From Balamuthia mandrillaris (Eukaryota): a DNA stretch of 64,000 nucleotides. Positions 63,001 to 64,000 of this stretch are shown piece by piece; the first letter of the stretch is position 1, and each line of letters starts with the position of its first letter. The position numbers and the translations under genes are program-made. The stretch lies in contig JAVKOQ020000035.1 in assembly GCA_031835245.2 (NCBI GenBank), positions 1 through 64,000 on the forward strand, in the 5' to 3' direction. A model generated the notes under the pieces. The model made no database searches. It saw only the letters and a list, made by a program, of their open reading frames with translations, and was not told the origin of the DNA.

Positions 63001-64000
63001 TTCTTCCATTTCTTTTGCTTCATACGCTTTTTCATCGTTTGTTTCTTGTTGCCCAAGTTGATGAAGCGGTTCACCCAATGTCGTTGAGGTTGATGGAAAG
63101 GCGGAAGACGATGAAGGAGAGAAGAGCGAACGAGAGAAAATGTGCCCACGATCGTTGCAAATGGCAAGAATGATTCTCGTTGTGCCTGTATCCAACTTCA
63201 AAACCGTCTTTCTGAGCTGCTGCCACGAGTCCATCACTTGAACTTTCCATTCTCCGCACCTCTTCACCGTTTCGCACAACAACTTTTGAGAGCCGTTGCG
63301 GTAAGGGCACGACTCTTGTTGTTGAGATGACGATGAAGAAGAAGACAAGGATCGAGAAGGACAGAGGATGTCGCATTCGTTGATGACGAACAAGTACGAT
63401 GAACTCTCATGCATGAGAATTTCTTGTGCATCTTCTTTCTTTGTTGATGGTGTCGCAGTTGTGATCGTGGAAGAAGAGGCTATCAGTTTTGGAGGCTGAT
63501 AACGTTGTTGCAGGTGAACAGTGGCTGTAAAAGTGCTCCCCACTCCTACTTTCGAGGTGAAGCTGCAGTCTCCTCCCATCAGCTGAGCTAACCTTTTCGA
63601 GATGGAGAGACCGAGGCCGGTTCCTCCGTACTTGCGGCTAATGGAAGAGTCAGCTTGCATAAAGCTGGAGAAGATGTACTTCTTTTTGTCTTCTGGAACT
63701 CCAATTCCATTGTCTTCGACACTCATTTGCAGCATTACTCCTTCTTCTCTTTCTTCCCGTTCTCTCTCTTCGCTTGTTTTCGTTTTATTCTCTGCTTCTC
63801 CTTTCTCTTTCTGTTGTGGCGTCACAGTTGTTCCTGTTGAGGAAGAAGAACAAGAAGAAGAAGAACGTTCTTTCTTGAGAAGGCTGATGACTATGTGAAC
63901 GCGAGCAAAAGAGTCTGGAGAGTCATCAGGAATGTCAGTGAACTTAATGGCGTTCGATACAAAGTTCATCAGTATCTGAGTGATCCTCAAAGGGTCACCA
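60091..64000 (-). CDS. Hybrid histidine kinase, C-terminal part (HATPase_c + receiver); 5' end lies beyond the window
   Basis: GDPLRITQILMNFVSNAIKFT (N box), EDNGIG (G1), FMQADSSISRKYGGTGLGLSIS (F/G2); receiver ILVVEDNRMNQ...LILMDIMMP|NCNGYEAT...IVGVSA...GMNDLIGKP. Confidence 0.93.

Overview
Gene-dense, intron-rich eukaryotic DNA with abundant (GA)n/(TTC)n microsatellites. The gene content (alpha-kinase, hybrid His kinase, GT69, Clu-domain proteins, Crinkler-type gene) suggests a free-living amoebozoan, perhaps Balamuthia/Acanthamoeba-like; this is an inference. The first ~8.7 kb holds decayed Ty3/Gypsy pieces (two integrase fragments, two head-to-head LTR-like units, an RT-RNase H remnant) around an apparently intact header+P-loop NTPase+PD-(D/E)XK (Crinkler/RHS-type) gene. 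The rest is about 16 host genes: a putative multi-TM alpha-kinase, UCH, C2-UBA-PARP, a p62/NBR1-like receptor, an AREL1-like HECT, GT69 mannosyltransferase, OGFr-like, a small membrane protein, two inverted Clu paralogs flanking ZIP7-like and PQ-loop transporters, SAM-PB1-3xPAS, START, BCD1/ZNHIT6, LanC-like, and a partial hybrid His kinase. Most notable: (1) a SAM-PB1 protein carrying three FixL-type heme-PAS domains and no enzymatic output, a candidate O2-gated polymer scaffold; (2) an AREL1-like HECT lacking its catalytic Cys and split by a ~800-aa insert; (3) a putative polytopic membrane alpha-kinase joined through a GC-AG intron; (4) a recurrent TGTCGA(C/T)A motif upstream of many genes. 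All family calls come from motif recognition by eye, not database searches, and exon boundaries are approximate.
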